Assembly: GCA_001600695.1 (NCBI GenBank)
Contig: BCKQ01000012.1
Span: 457,312-521,311 of the forward strand
Direction of reading: 5' to 3'
Source: Ascoidea asiatica JCM 7603
Lineage: Eukaryota > Fungi > Ascomycota
DNA: 64,000 nucleotides
Part shown: piece by piece, positions 46,267-60,099 of the stretch
Layout of the letters: each line of letters opens with the position of its first letter
Position numbering within the stretch: the stretch's first letter is position 1
The notes under the pieces: model-generated
Told to the model about the DNA's origin: nothing
Database searches by the model: none
Seen by the model: only the letters and a program-made list of their open reading frames with translations
Position numbers and translations under genes: made by a program

Positions 46267-47283
46267 TGTAAGTAAACGATTCAAATTAAATTGAAATCAC
46301 TTACTTCCATTTGTCATTTATCCGTCCACGGTTTCAATTTCCGTATATATTCCGTCCCAGCCTATCCTCTAGCATTTTTTAATTTTTTTATCAAATCCAG
46401 GCCATCTTTATGGATCGCCTCCCAGTAAGGCATGTTTCAAATTTATATGTTATTTTTACATAGTGTCTTCCACAAATCAATAATTCGGCCTTCTTGGTCA
46501 AGGTTTGAGTCTCACAATCCAACTATTAAATCTCTCATAAAAGCAAGCATTATTGCCAATGTTCCATACTTTAGTCTCATAGGTCAATCATTTGGCATTA
46601 GGATGCTCAGTTGAATCTCTTACAAAATTATTAATCATTTTCATGTCAAATCAACTATTGATATATTCCAGATTTGCAGTTTCAGAATCCAACAATTGGT
46701 TATCTACAGTTTTTCCGCCAAGCTGAAGTTTTCAATTTCAACAATTATTTTCCAGTTTTGCTATTAACAAGCTTACAATTTCAACAACTAGTTGTCAGTT
46801 TTACAATTTACAACCTTACACTTTCAACAGCTATTTTTAAATTTTAATATTTACAATCTTACAATTTCATCGATTATTTTTAAATTTTGCATTAGTTAAT
46901 TTCACAATTTCCACAAGTAGTTTTGCCTTGTAGTACTGCAATTTAAACAACTCCTTTTTAAATATTTGTGCCTTTAAATTCTCTATAAATACTCTTACAT
47001 TTATTTTTTTATTAGTATAAGCTATTGGAAAAATTAAACAACAATAATGCAATTTTAGAAGTTTAAACTTAATCAACAATACAAGACTCTAAATCAAAAT
47101 ATTAAACAGTAAAATTAAAATTGAAAATCTAATGTTTTGGATCTGCCCGTTTTTTTGTTACACTTTGTTGGTTGTACCTTTTGGTTTTAATAGTAAGCAT
47201 TTTGAGCTGCTATTTATTAACTGCTCGATACGTGATAATATTGATTATCTTATTGGGTGAGTAGGATCGATGAGAGTTTTACA
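46267..47283 (+). mobile_element. TG..CA-bounded element, copy A (1017 bp), 4-bp TSD CCGC
   Basis: CCGC|TGTAAG...GTTTTACA|CCGC; both ends homologous in reverse orientation to 54581-56474. Confidence 0.8.
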
Positions 47284-47347
47284 CCGCCTGTGTGAGTTTG
47301 AAAAGGGGATGCAAACCAGGTTCCACCATCTTACGCCACGCTCGGAT

Positions 47348-47612
47348 TGTAGTTCGAACTAAATATCTAATTATTATTAAGGAGATATCTAATTCAAATT
47401 ATAATTAATTGTAAATTAAAATATAAAATATATAAAACTTATATAAAAAATATGGGAAATAAGTTGCCTATTTATATTAGTGGAAATAGAAGCGGGTAAC
47501 CCATCTTAAGAATAAATATGTAAAACTACTATCTGAAAGTTCACTTTCCATACTTAAAAAAAGAAATAGAATAATGCTCTGTTCTGGAAAACAATACGTC
47601 ATTCTAACTACA
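47348..47612 (+). mobile_element. Solo LTR (265 bp)
   Basis: TGTAGTT...AACTACA perfect 7-bp terminal inverted repeat; second partial copy at 12893; no TSD seen (CGGAT vs AACAA). Confidence 0.7.
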
Positions 47613-48499
47613 AACAAAACAATTCCAGTACACTCGAGATGCACACGGAATATTGAAGCAAGAATAAATAGTGCAGACCCAAAACGTTCTAATTCATTTA
47701 ACATGCAATAGGCAGTTGTGAGAGTGCGATAGAATGTAGTAGAATACGCTATGCCATCTTAGAAACTCTAATAGTAGCCTAGTATTTGCAAGACAATTCT
47801 AATAAAAAAATAAAATGATTAACAATCATTTCCACCACACCGCTCCGCTGCTCACAGATATTCGCGTCAGGTCCCGTCTTGTATAAACGCACCCGCAATG
47901 AGCAGCCGACATTAAATTATTGAGATGCAGTACCTTAGAAATGGATTCTACTATTTGCTGAGAAACTTCTCTGTAAATTGTCCAAGACTCTCTATTAATA
48001 GCACCACTCTACAAGCAGATCCCCATTATTCAGATATGGTTATTACAATTGTGCGTAACTGTTATTACTATCTTCACTACCCTTTTTAGTAGTACTACTA
48101 TAATTAGTAACTGATTAGTTTTACTATTAAACGTATTAGTTTTTATAGCCTTGCTTCACTTAATACGGTTGTTAGTTTATTTAGTTATATTCCTTTTTTG
48201 CAATAATTAATATGCTGATTATTATTTTTATTATTATTAGTATTATTAGTAGTATTTTTATTATTATAATTATTATTGATGTAATCATTATTGTCATTAT
48301 TTTAATCATTGCAATTGCTAGTTTTTTGTGGCTTGGTTGAAACATTCAAGTGTTCGTGTTGTTCAAGGGATGATTTACCGTGCTTCTTAAAACTATAAAC
48401 AAACAATTTTGAAAAGAAAAAAAGGCATATTTTGCCAGCTACCACGCCGCGCAATATCACGGATATAAAATATCTGACGTTTTAGAAGACTGTTCTTTG

Positions 48500-50840
48500 A
48501 CTCTGAACTATCATCAAATTGATTTATGATTAATGCCGTTGGTAGTTACGATCTGCTTACTGCATTTGTTTTTTTGGTGTTCCAATATAAACAACAACAA
48601 TCATTCAAAGAAATTTGAATATGTGCTCTAAATGATAGGGCTCGTGGTTGACTTATATTATTTTGAGCGCAGCATAAAATAGTGGTTCGCGTTTTTACAA
48701 AGTGTAGATTTTAATCAATTGCTTGATTCAATTTTAAAAAAAACAGCTGATCTCTCATCACTGACTAGTTGGGCAAATCAAAACCCAGGATTTGCTAGCA
48801 CAGACCTTGTGTAATATCGTAAAAGAAAACCATTCAAGACATTTGTTACCCGTGAAAATACTTACAATCCTCAGTTTAAATGGGTCAAGAATCCTAGCTT
48901 GGAAGCGTTCTTTTCTTTTGGCACCAACAAAATTGTGTTAGCTTCTTTCTTTCACGTTGAACAAATAAATGTAAGTTTGCTTGGAAACTGCATTCTACAT
49001 TTAGCAAAATTGTATTAGAAAAGTATTTATGATGAACGTGCTGCTTACAGGATCTATACATTTGGTTCATAAAATTCTGAATTATATTTTTAATTTAGAA
49101 GTTAGATTAGAAGCTAACAATGATTCATGAGATGGTATGAATCTAGGAGTACCTTCAATTTATCAGGTAATGCCTGGTTTCTCTAAAGAGTTTCATTACT
49201 TAAAATCTCTGTAGAATGCTGACAGAGAAATTACCATAGCAAGTAAACCAAATCACAAGAGCTGGCATGACAAAGTAGGCTGCTAGTTGCCATGGCCAGT
49301 CTTCAATGAAACTTCATGAGTTGGGAGTTGTTATAAACCAAGCTGCAAATCACAATCCTCAAATAAAAGATAGTGATATGAAAATAAATGCAAACTGATG
49401 GATCAAATACTCAAAAAGGAAGCCTCGTTATCTCATTCTGCTTTTGAAATAACAAGGTCTTTACCAATTATTTTTGTAAGGGTTTATAACTCTCTGGGTG
49501 TGCCGTTAGCCTCTGCTGAAATTAGAAAAGCTATTGCCAAATTAAAAGACACACAAAATTCTGTAGAATCTAAAGGAGTTGCTGACTGGGAAGGCAAAAT
49601 CTGTTGAAATAATTAACCAGTTTGCCTGATTAGAGAGTTGCTTCGAGCGATGGTACAGTAGTTATTGGAAAACATGCGTTTCTCCAAGAACTTAAAGCTA
49701 GAAAATTGGTAATATTTGACGGTACTCCTTCCACAATGATATATAAGAAGACATATATAACCTTTGGCTATATAGACAATAATGGTTTATTGGTTTCCTG
49801 GTGCTCATGCTGTTGTAGATTCTGAAAATAGTCTTCAAGTATTACTAATTCTTAACTTGCTTTCAGAAATTTTTACGGTCCCCTCTCAGCAGAGTTTTTT
49901 GTTTGTGATAACTCAGTATTTCTTCAGAAATGCTGTATCAGAGTTTAGCAGAGGTACTATTAAGATCTATTTATTTATTTGGCATGTTTCCACTTATCGG
50001 TCAAAGAAATTAGGTCGCATATATTATCGTTTAATTTTAAAATTACTATTGGATGCCATGCATACCAACTCCAGAAGAGATGTATTAACTTTTGTACAAA
50101 ATGCTAATGAAGCTGGTGGTCAAATTGGCTCACATATTCAAACGTATATTGGGGTTCAGCGTACGCTGATTGCAAATTTTCAATAAGTTACAGGGTTTTT
50201 TTCTCCACTGTTGCTTCCAACCCTTAGTACTCACGCTTTGGACGGTCTTCATTCTCAATATAAGTCACCATATTTGGGTAAATTTCCAAAAGCACATCGT
50301 CTATTTCAGTTAACCAAAAAGCTAACTGCATTTCAGTCTGCAATTGACAAAAGAAAAAATGTTGGGGCCTTTAAAAACATTTACCTTTCCTCTTTGTCTG
50401 CAGCAAGATGGCCTCAGTTCCTAAATTTTTCAGTAACACCTCAAAGAAAAATGGGTTCTGAAATATTACTTGCGATGAAATCCAAAGAAAGGCCTGGTCT
50501 GGAACTTAACAAAGTTGATGGCGTGAATGATGCGTGTAATTGTACCTTTTTCTTAAAATTTCAACTAGCTTTCAAACATGTTTTCTTTTTGGATCTCAGA
50601 AACGAAGACGCACTGATCAATTGGGAAACTATTTCCAATCGATTTGGCCGAGGTGGATTAGAAGCTTATGAAACTATTGAAAACATTGACACTTTGAATA
50701 ATGGTACTTCTGGTCCAATGGGTTCGCTGTGGTTGCTCAACGAAGAGCAACATTCGATGAGGAATTAGAGAAAATAAGATTACAATATAATAGTTCTCTT
50801 CAAGAGTTCAACATTGATGATGCGGTTATGATGCTCTTAG
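48500..50840 (+). pseudogene. Long decayed orphan ORF (possible endogenous viral/plasmid sequence)
   Basis: Successive plus-strand fragments (49398, 49782, 50211); the last two are in one frame separated by a single TAA. Higher GC and no Asn runs, unlike host genes. Confidence 0.4.
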
Positions 50841-51633
50841 CGGTAAGTAATATTAATATTATATAAATAAGTTAGCCCGATTTACTTATACATGTTTAAT
50901 AGTATTTCCAGTGCTTCGTGCGAAGCTTTTCTCGTTGTTTAGCACTGGAATTATTTACAACTGCCAGGTTTCAACTATTATACTGTGCAAGACATATACT
51001 TTTTTTTTTAGTCTAACTGCAACGAGGAACCCACAAGAATTTAAATTCTCACAAAAATTGGAATATTATTTTAGCTTATATTTTTGCGTTCCAGACCAGC
51101 ATGATACATGCCCAACAACTTTCAACTTTTTTTATCCGTCTATAAAAGGGATTTTATCCATTGGTCATTTTTCATGCTTTTGGACACAAACAAATTCGAA
51201 TGCCAAACGGTAATCTATAAAACCTGTTTTTGAAGGAACTAAAAATAAAATAATAAAATGTTCCTAAACAAAAGTATTTCAAAGAGGGTAGTCAAAGCAG
51301 CCAAAAAAATGTATTTAAATACAACGATACTGAGTAAGCCACGGGCTAGAGTTTGTTAAAAGCAAGTGAGAACTAAATGCATAAAATAATGTATGAGAAA
51401 AAAAAAGGTTCTTTCTGTTAGCATTCTCTTTGTATGGTTTCTAAGTTTCTCAAAACATACTTCCACAAAGGTTTGCGCATCAACGGTGCTCTGAAAAAAT
51501 ATTATTATGCATTTGTTGGTTTTTACTTTTCTGTTGTTGGCTTGTTTTCGAATAATTTTCTAAGGCATTTAATATTTGGCACTGAAAATTTCAGAAATAT
51601 TTTAATTACTATCTTTTGGAGTTAAGCTCTCCT

Positions 51634-51999
51634 ATGTCCCTTATCAATCCTGATATTGGAGAGGATATTTTTTTAGAAACTTGCAATGATTCAGGTAAAA
51701 CCAAAAACTTAATGAAATTTCATCAAGCAGTATTAAATGAAATTAAAATAATTGACATAGGAATATTGGAAATAGATGTAGAGAATGAATTTTGATCTGA
51801 ATGGGAAATAAATTACGTAGGTATTTATAACAAAAGCAAAAAGTTAAGCTGTTTTGACTGTATTGGTGAGCAATTTAAATTGTTTCCAAAAAGTATTGAT
51901 TCTGACATGTCGGCAGAAGCAGTAACTACAGATGTAATATTCCGACCTATAATATTGGTATCTAAACAGTTTATAGATGCTGAAACGTTTTATTTATAA
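51634..51999 (+). pseudogene. 121-codon orphan ORF interrupted by one TGA
   Basis: MSLINPDIGEDIFLETC...ENEF*SEWEINYVG...AETFYL; internal TGA at 51793-51795. Confidence 0.4.
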
Positions 52000-52859
52000 A
52001 TGCCCTATGTGACGTATTTCAACAAAATTCTAATTTACAAAATTTTGCAATCAAAGTTTGTTTTAATTGTATTCTTGCTACTTAAGCTATCGTCTAACAT
52101 TTGTTTACTCTTGGCAAATATATGCTTTATCAGATTTTACTAGTCACATCCGCTATGTTAACAAACCATTAGGATAATCCGAATTAACGAGTGCCATTAC
52201 CCTGCCGCCGTCTTAAGCATGTGAAATATATTTAGATCTAATAGCATATGCTTACGTAATCTATGGATTATTACGTAAACTGCGAAACTGCAAGTTTGAC
52301 TTTTCTATGCTTTAGTGAGTTAGCTGGATTTCTTGCTTTTTCTCCTTTAAACTTAGCCAAACTAAAGAAGAGAAATATTTTTTTTTTACATTTTTAATTA
52401 CATTTACTTTCTACTAGTAGTACAGATAACTATAGTAAGATGAGCAAACCACATCCGTGGCATTTAATTTCCTTTACCTGGCTTTGAAACATCAACTCGT
52501 CTGGAAATTGTTGAAGAGGTGATGAGAAGATATGACATCAACCAGCTTCCAGATAGTCCTCAAATTATTTTCAGAAAAAATGATTTTATTGACATTTTGG
52601 AGGCGGCAAATCAGATTGTTGGTGGAGATGCAACTATCGATGAACTTTGCCACCGAAGAAACAGTATACGTACTGCAGTACCTGTGTCAAAGAAAAGAAA
52701 ATTGGATGCATCTGTTGAATTCGGTGATTCTAATGAGAAAATTAGTGACGGTGATGTCGGTCCCGCTGAGGTAACGTTATCACTTTTAAAATTGAAAGCC
52801 GAAGGTCATTTGAATGAAAATTCCTTTTATGCTTTAATTAAATCTTCGCCAAAGTAAAA

Positions 52860-54270
52860 GAGGATCCTCATTTAAGTATTACCGGAAGAATCCCTTAAGT
52901 CAAAGGTTTATCTTGATTTCTTATCAAAACAAATTTCTTTTTATCCTTCCTTTGTATTGATTTAGATTATGTAAAGACTATATAGCCATATATAAAATTA
53001 TCTTTAAAACAACTAGAATCTAATTCCATTTTTAATTTTTCAACAATTACAGCTCCATCCTTAGCACCTACTTCTGAAGTTGGTTGGGTTCCTTTTGCAA
53101 CTTTTAATTTTAATAATTGCTTTTCATGATCTATAATCACAGAAGAAGATTTCAAGAACCGAGTTGACCATATAGTTGGTAAGACATCATTGTTGTATAT
53201 CTTATTTGCAGTATCAGACTAGCATGCTGGATCTACTGCATTTATACAGATAATTTCTTCGTCTTTATGATCAACTGGAAATGTGTCGATATTTGTATTC
53301 TTAATTTTATAAGATTTTAAGTCAACTTTCCATGTAAAAATTGACTTTGTTCTAGGAAGGACCGCTATTAAGTAATGTGAATCATACGTTTTATGATCAT
53401 AAAATTCATGAAAATGAAAAAATGAAAATAAATCATCTTTGGGAATATTTTCAGGTAAATTTACAGGTATGTTAAACAGTTCTTTGGTCAATTGTAAGCC
53501 TTTACATTTAAATACATATAATGATTGATTTGTTAAAAAATTAATAAACATTCACCATCTGCTAGTAAGGTAGCATATATTATAGAGTAACTCGTTTATA
53601 GTAAAGTTTTTTTTAATAAATTTATTAATTTCAGACTTGAATCACGATTCGGAAGATTAAAAGGAATCCATACATGATTTTTATTGAATCTGGATGCAGA
53701 AACCACAGCTTCCCATTATTCGTTTTAAATAATTTTTGAATTGACTTTTGATAACCAGAGAGTTTATCATGCAAACCAGTTAAGAAAATTCTTTTTTTCT
53801 TAAAATTAGAATGAAAAAATAAACTTAACTGATCATTATCAATAGTTTCAATATTTTGTTTATCTTTATTTGTGAGCATTCCGTTTTACAAAGAATTAAA
53901 TGAAGCTTGATGAACAATATTATTAATATCAACATCATCAAAAAGTTCGACAAATTGTATTAATATATGACTTATATTTTTATTTTTCAATTCATGAATT
54001 AGTAAAGAAAGATCACCATTTAAATTATCAATAGATTTATTCAGATAATACTGATTCTTGAAAGTAATTAATTGATTCGATAAACTAAATTCTGCTTTTG
54101 TTGGGATTATATCACTGAAATTCAAATTCTGAATGAACATTTTTAAAATCAATTTCAGTATTATTAACATAATTTTTTAAACTATTAATATCAATTTCAA
54201 TAACAGCAACGAAGTAATTCTTAAAAGCATTACCATAAACAAACATTTGTTGAATTATTGGCCATTACTA
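52860..54270 (-). pseudogene. Decayed orphan ORF
   Basis: Four abutting minus-strand fragments (54170, 53879, 53551, 53155); the last two are joined across a single stop. Confidence 0.45.
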
Positions 54271-54580
54271 TGACCATCAATAGTAGAAAAAAACAGATAT
54301 CACTATTTTTATTTTCATTGCTGCCCCCATAAAAATGGAACATTTAGTTTTTGAGGTTGTATTTCCATTTACGATTTTTGGCGGAACCGACAAGGGTGAG
54401 ATGCATAACGAGGTAGCTGTTTTGCTTTTCGTAATGTGAGATCCTAATATTATTTACGGTGTTGTGTGTGTTAATCTAAGTATATACAGAGGGCGTACTC
54501 TAAGTGAACCGCTATATACTGCCAGAAAAACTAAATAGCACCCCAAATTATTCCAAAATTTACCAATAATTATCTCACTG

Positions 54581-56474
54581 TGCAAGACTTCACAACGATC
54601 CTACTCACCCAATAGGATAATCAATATCACCAGGCGTCGACGAGTTAATAAATATCAGTTCAAAATGCTTACTATCAAAAACCAAAGGTACAACCAACGA
54701 AGTGTAACCAAAAAGGGGGGAGGAGGGGCTGATCCAAAAAATTGATTTGTTATTTTAGTTTTACTATTAATATATTGATTTATATAATCTTTTATTGTTT
54801 AGTAAATTCGATTCTTCAAAATTGCTTAAGAATTGCTTAATTTATTTGATAATTTTAAAGTAATACTAAAAAATTATAAAAGTATTTATATAGTTTAGCA
54901 GGCATACATATTTAAAAATTAATTGTTGGAATTGTAAAATTGTAAAATGTAAAATTGAAAAATAATTGTTAAAATTGTAAGATTTAAAATTGTTGATGAA
55001 ACACAAAAAAAGATAAAAATAGAAAAAATATTAATTAGTTAAAGGTAACACAGAATTTTAATTACTATATAAAAAATATGAAATTTTATTAGTATTTAGG
55101 GTAACATTATATAACGCTGCATTAATTAAAGGAAATCATTGTTTTTTATTTTTAGCTTTATTTTGATAAAAGAATTTAATTGAAGTTAAAATTACTTGAT
55201 TTGGATTGAGAACTTATTTTGGTGATACGGTCGATTATCTTGTTTTGAAATTTATCATAATAAATATGTTTCTTGATATGGTGAATAAATCCTGGAGGCG
55301 GAGAACCATTTTTTCCATTTAAAAGATAATTGTAATGATCAATATTAAAGGTAACCTTATTTCCTTGGAAATGATTAAAGGAAGTTTTGATTCTTTCATT
55401 ATTATTGACTTCATTTTTAAATTGATTTAATAATTTTTGATCTCTATTTGAATGTAGTTTTGAATAAGTGATATAATTTGAAATCATAATGGAAAATATT
55501 TCAAAATAAATGGTATTTCTAAATGAATACTTTTTTGATCTAAATGATTGATCAATATGAATAACAAATTGAAAAGTTAATGAAAGATTATTAAATGAAA
55601 ATTTATTTAATTGTTGATTAAAGTATTTTAATTTAATAGGTTGAAGTTTAATGTGTTTTGAAACTGATCTTGATAATTGATTATAAATTGTTTGAACTAA
55701 AGGATCTTGAAATTGAATATCGAATAATTCAAGTTTATTTTTATGAAATTTAATAATAATTTTAGTGTTAAAAGATACATGTAATATTTCTGATTGCATA
55801 CCAGTGGTAACACAGTTAGCTAGAAAAACTTTTAATGCTCGATTCTTAAATAGATCGTCGTAATAGATTAAAATTTTGTTATCTTATTGAAGAGTTTTGA
55901 ATATAACTGATCAATTTGAAGAAATAAAAACTTGTTGTTGTTGAATTGATGTAAAAGTTTCTTGATTATTAATTAAATAATTCTTGGAATCTCATTGAGA
56001 AGATTCTCAATCATTAATATCAATTATTGTAGGCATTCTGAAAAGAATAATTTAACTTGATTGCATAATATATAATAATAAGGAAAATATATTTGAAAAT
56101 ATGTGAAATTCAGCTAAATTTGTACGGACCAAATTCTTGACAAATTGGCTTGAAAACTTGACTTATCAGCCCGATTTATTCAATTTTTTGAACGATATTT
56201 TTGTGAAAGACCTAATTGTTGGATTTTTGGGCTGAAAACTTGACCAAGAAAGCAAAATTGCTGATTTTGGGGAGAAATTATGAAAAAATAAAATATGAAT
56301 TAGAGAAAAGGTTTACTGGGAGGAGATCCATAAAACTGGGGTTGATTTGATAAAAAAACTAAAAAAAGTTAACGGATAGGGTAGGAAGGAATATATACCG
56401 AAATTGAAACTGGGGACGCAAAAATGACGAATGGAATTAGGTGATTTCAATTTAATTTCAATCGCTTCCTTACA
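54581..56474 (-). mobile_element. TG..CA-bounded element, copy B (1894 bp) carrying an internal ORF
   Basis: Reverse complement starts TGTAAGGAAGCGATTGAAATT and ends GTCTTGCA. Plus-strand flanks are ACTG / ACGG (3/4 TSD; CCGT in element orientation). Both ends align to copy A. Confidence 0.8.
55176..55799 (-). CDS. Orphan ORF inside element B (5' part decayed, extends to ~56040)
   Basis: 207-aa open frame in element orientation; coding-like sequence with stops continues upstream; no recognisable domain. Confidence 0.45.
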   Translation of the reverse strand: MQSEILHVSFNTKIIIKFHKNKLELFDIQFQDPLVQTIYNQLSRSVSKHIKLQPIKLKYFNQQLNKFSFNNLSLTFQFVIHIDQSFRSKKYSFRNTIYFEIFSIMISNYITYSKLHSNRDQKLLNQFKNEVNNNERIKTSFNHFQGNKVTFNIDHYNYLLNGKNGSPPPGFIHHIKKHIYYDKFQNKIIDRITKISSQSKSSNFNFN

Positions 56475-57199
56475 ACGGCAATATTTTATTTGCCCCTCGT
56501 GAAACGGAATTCAATTTATTAATATTTCCCCAGTTTTTCTTTTCGGATATAAAGGGAGCCCACATTTCCCACATTCATTCCTGTTTCGAGTTAGAAGGAA
56601 TTTGGGTCGCGAACAAAACCCGTTTCAAAAGGTAGGGTGTGCTGTAAATTAATAATACCCATTTTCAAAAAAGGACACAAACCGATACATTTGAACAATC
56701 CTTAACAGTTGGTAACCTCAAGTACATATTTAGACCGTTCTAAAATAAAAGCAAAAACCACGGGGTAAGGCGCTACACGTCTTACAGTACAAATCATTGA
56801 ATTCATAATTCTGTCATCTACAATGATGAGTTTTACTTTCAGTATGAAAATCATTTTCATTTTTCAAATAATTTTTATAATCTTTTTTAATACAGGATTA
56901 AATTAGAACCTAGATAGGTCACGCGTGTATTTATGTGGAATGGCGAAATTTGAAAAAAATTTGCTTTTCCACGATTTTCGAAATTTTGCCCAAATTTTTG
57001 CATTTGTTCCACATTTTGCATTTTCAATTTTCTATCAATTTTTTTTCCAAAATTTGCTTCCAAAATTTGCTTTTTATCAAACTTTGCTTTTGTCAAGATT
57101 ACAATCAATCACTTTATAAATTAAAAATCCAATAATCTCAAATCCTCATTCAAATTAAAACGAAAACAAAATAATTGAACTGAGATAAAACAATGAAAA

Positions 57200-58520
57200 C
57201 AAAACAACATATATCTTAATAGCTTTATGAACAATATTATTTATCTATTAACATGGCGTTGGCTATTTTAAATTCTGTTGCGCGAAGTAGAAACATCACG
57301 TTTTTAATAAAAAAGAAATCCAAAATATAATTCTAATAGTCAATCAAAGGACGATAATAATGGTGAAAAACCGTCTGTAATTGATTTAAAAGAAGTTTCA
57401 GGATTACCGCTAACGGCATTATTTGATTTTGCCCAAACAACATTCGATGAGCATTCAGAAGAATTTTAAAGTACTTATGGAAGATTTTTCGAATCCTTTT
57501 ATAAAGAAAATAAATTTTAGAGAACCAGACTTCATGGGGATACTACAGGATTTGAAGAACTGTTAGAAATGCTTGAAACACCAAAAACTTTCGAAAAAAT
57601 ATTGGGCTATCTTGATCATGACTCCAATTGTAATGTAGTTATTAATGAAGAGATTGACTCTGAACATACAAACATCAAACATTTTCTAGATCATTTAGCT
57701 ATTTGTGCGGGTACATCATGGTTGTTCTATTTTGATACTCCAAACAAAGTTTAATTGGTATCAAAGATCAGATGATCACCCTTTTTGAGGCTACCAAAAT
57801 CATCACTGTTGAATCTATAGGTGAAAACATTTCTTTTGAATCTAATATTTCATTGGAAAAACTATTGGTCACCATTCCTTATTATGATTTCATGTTAAAT
57901 GCCTACTTAGGTTTATTAAATATTCAACTACAAATTGTTAGTTGTACTGTATCTTACTGCAATTATGTTGAATCTAAATCATACTGCTTTAAGAAAAATT
58001 ATTATGTCTATATTAGAGCTTTATTACCCAATATCAAATTTTACTACATCATGCAAAATATCAAAGATCAAAAAGCTAAAGCTGCCAATCAATTCCAAGA
58101 TTCCACGGCCTTCGATGATTCAGAAGAAACAAATTTTGATTCCAAGTTCATCTCAACTTTGGCATATGATAACTTATTTAATACTAATGAAGATCGTATG
58201 AGGTTAGTTAAACCCACTTCAATTACACCCACTAACTTATTAAGTCACAAATTCATTAACTCCAAATTAAGATATTCTAAAAATAATAAATCTTCAGGTA
58301 TTGAAATCTCTACTTTTGTCATTTCTCCATTCGATATGCATCATGTTATTATGGCTAATTTATTTGGTAACACGTTTACTTCTAACCGAAATGCCTCTGC
58401 CTATGTATGTCAGAAATATGAGTATATCAATATTGATGCAATCTCTATGTGTTCTCTTATTTATTAACCATATCGTAATTCTTCAGATTATGATACTATT
58501 GCGGAAACTTATGCCTTAGA
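57200..58520 (+). pseudogene. Decayed orphan ORF preceded by short AAAATTTG repeats
   Basis: Fragments 57569 and 57772 plus upstream coding-like frame (GEKPSVIDLKEVSGLPLTALFDF...) with stops; AAAATTTG(C) repeats at 56945-57090. Confidence 0.4.
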
Positions 58521-60099
58521 AGCTCGTTATATTTAGTACTTCAGGCTCTTTCCTGTTTGGTGTTGTCTCTATTAATATACATATCCCCATCAATTCTCGG
58601 TTTTTATTTCAATCTGTTTTTTAAATTATCACTTTTCATATAAAGAATCCATCGATCACATTTAAAATTATTATTTACAAACTTGTTAACTTTATCATTA
58701 TTTTTACTACAAATTTATTTATCAAACATTATTAAAAATCATCCAAAAAAACATAAAAAATCAAATATCAAAAAATATCTTTCTTTCCATGATAATGTTC
58801 AACTCAACTACTTTGTAAATATCTAACAACCATAAATTCGTTATTAGAAATCAACAAATAAATTACAATTTTCTCTCTACTTTTTTCTTAGTTTGTTTTA
58901 CTCTCCCTGTTATTGTGAATTCATTACACATTTGCAGTTTATTATCTTTTCAATCCTTTCTCTAGTTTGCAACTCAATATTTTATAGTTTATAGCTTCTG
59001 TTTCAAATAATTAGTTATTTCAATAAGAATGATTTATAATAAATATATTGATTTTTTCAGATGAATTATTTATTTAGAAAGATCTGTTTATAGGTAGTGT
59101 CAACACTGGCATTACACGGGTTAACAATAAGGGATAAGTATTGCCAACCATACCCCATAATTACTCAAATTCTATACTCCTCTACATAAATAGTGCCAAC
59201 TAAATGAATGTGAAAACAAATGCGGAAAATTCAAAAACCTAGAAACAATTAACAATTTGCTTTAACATAAAAAATTTTTCAAACAAGCATATAACTAAAC
59301 CTGTATGGATTGGTCTTAAATATAATTAACAGAAAAAGAAATATTATCCATCAACTAGGAAACTATTAGGTTAAAGATAATAAAATTACTAAATACCGAA
59401 CCGCCATTCTGGGGCAAATAATGCCAAGCACTGGAAAATGTAATGCGTGTGTGCTTTAACGAAATATGTAGGGGCTGCTGTTTTCAATCACAGTATCATT
59501 CACATTATCTTTTAGTGCTTGTTTCCTTTTTACCCTTCCGTAAAACTAAACTACAGCAATATACTATTTATGCTTATATGAAAATCACGTTATTTTCAAA
59601 TATGCTTTCAGGCCCTCTTGCTTCTTCCAAGCAAAATGCTCTACTGCTGGAACGGTTTAATGTTTTTATAATTAACCCCGTGGCGAAATGGCATATGTTC
59701 TATTAGGAAACAAAAGCAACAAGGTCATCCAGCTAACAAACACTCATGGTGCTGAAAATGAAATGATCATGATGGATATACCTTAGCCTGATCTGCAAAT
59801 AACCATAAACATAGGTTTGTCAAAGTAGGTGCTTAGTATCCTGAAAGAAACTCAACCATTGATATGGGTTCTTCTCTTAAATATGTTCAAACGCTGCGTC
59901 ATAATCATGACATTCTGGCCACTTATAATAATTTTGCTGTAAGTGGATCTAATGAATTATAGTAGGGGAGGTAGCCAAAGGATATAAACAGCTCAAAAGT
60001 AAAAAACCATAACAAATAGATTAGTTGATTCATATGGAACTTTAGCAGCAGACAAGATCTGTAGTGGTTGAAGCGCTACCGTATTCTAAAGTTTAATCA

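Noticed and set aside
55800-56040. In-frame TGA codons as a sign of mitochondrial code (NUMT)
   Set aside because: A TAA also interrupts that frame, another frame looks equally coding, and there is no similarity to mitochondrial genes.
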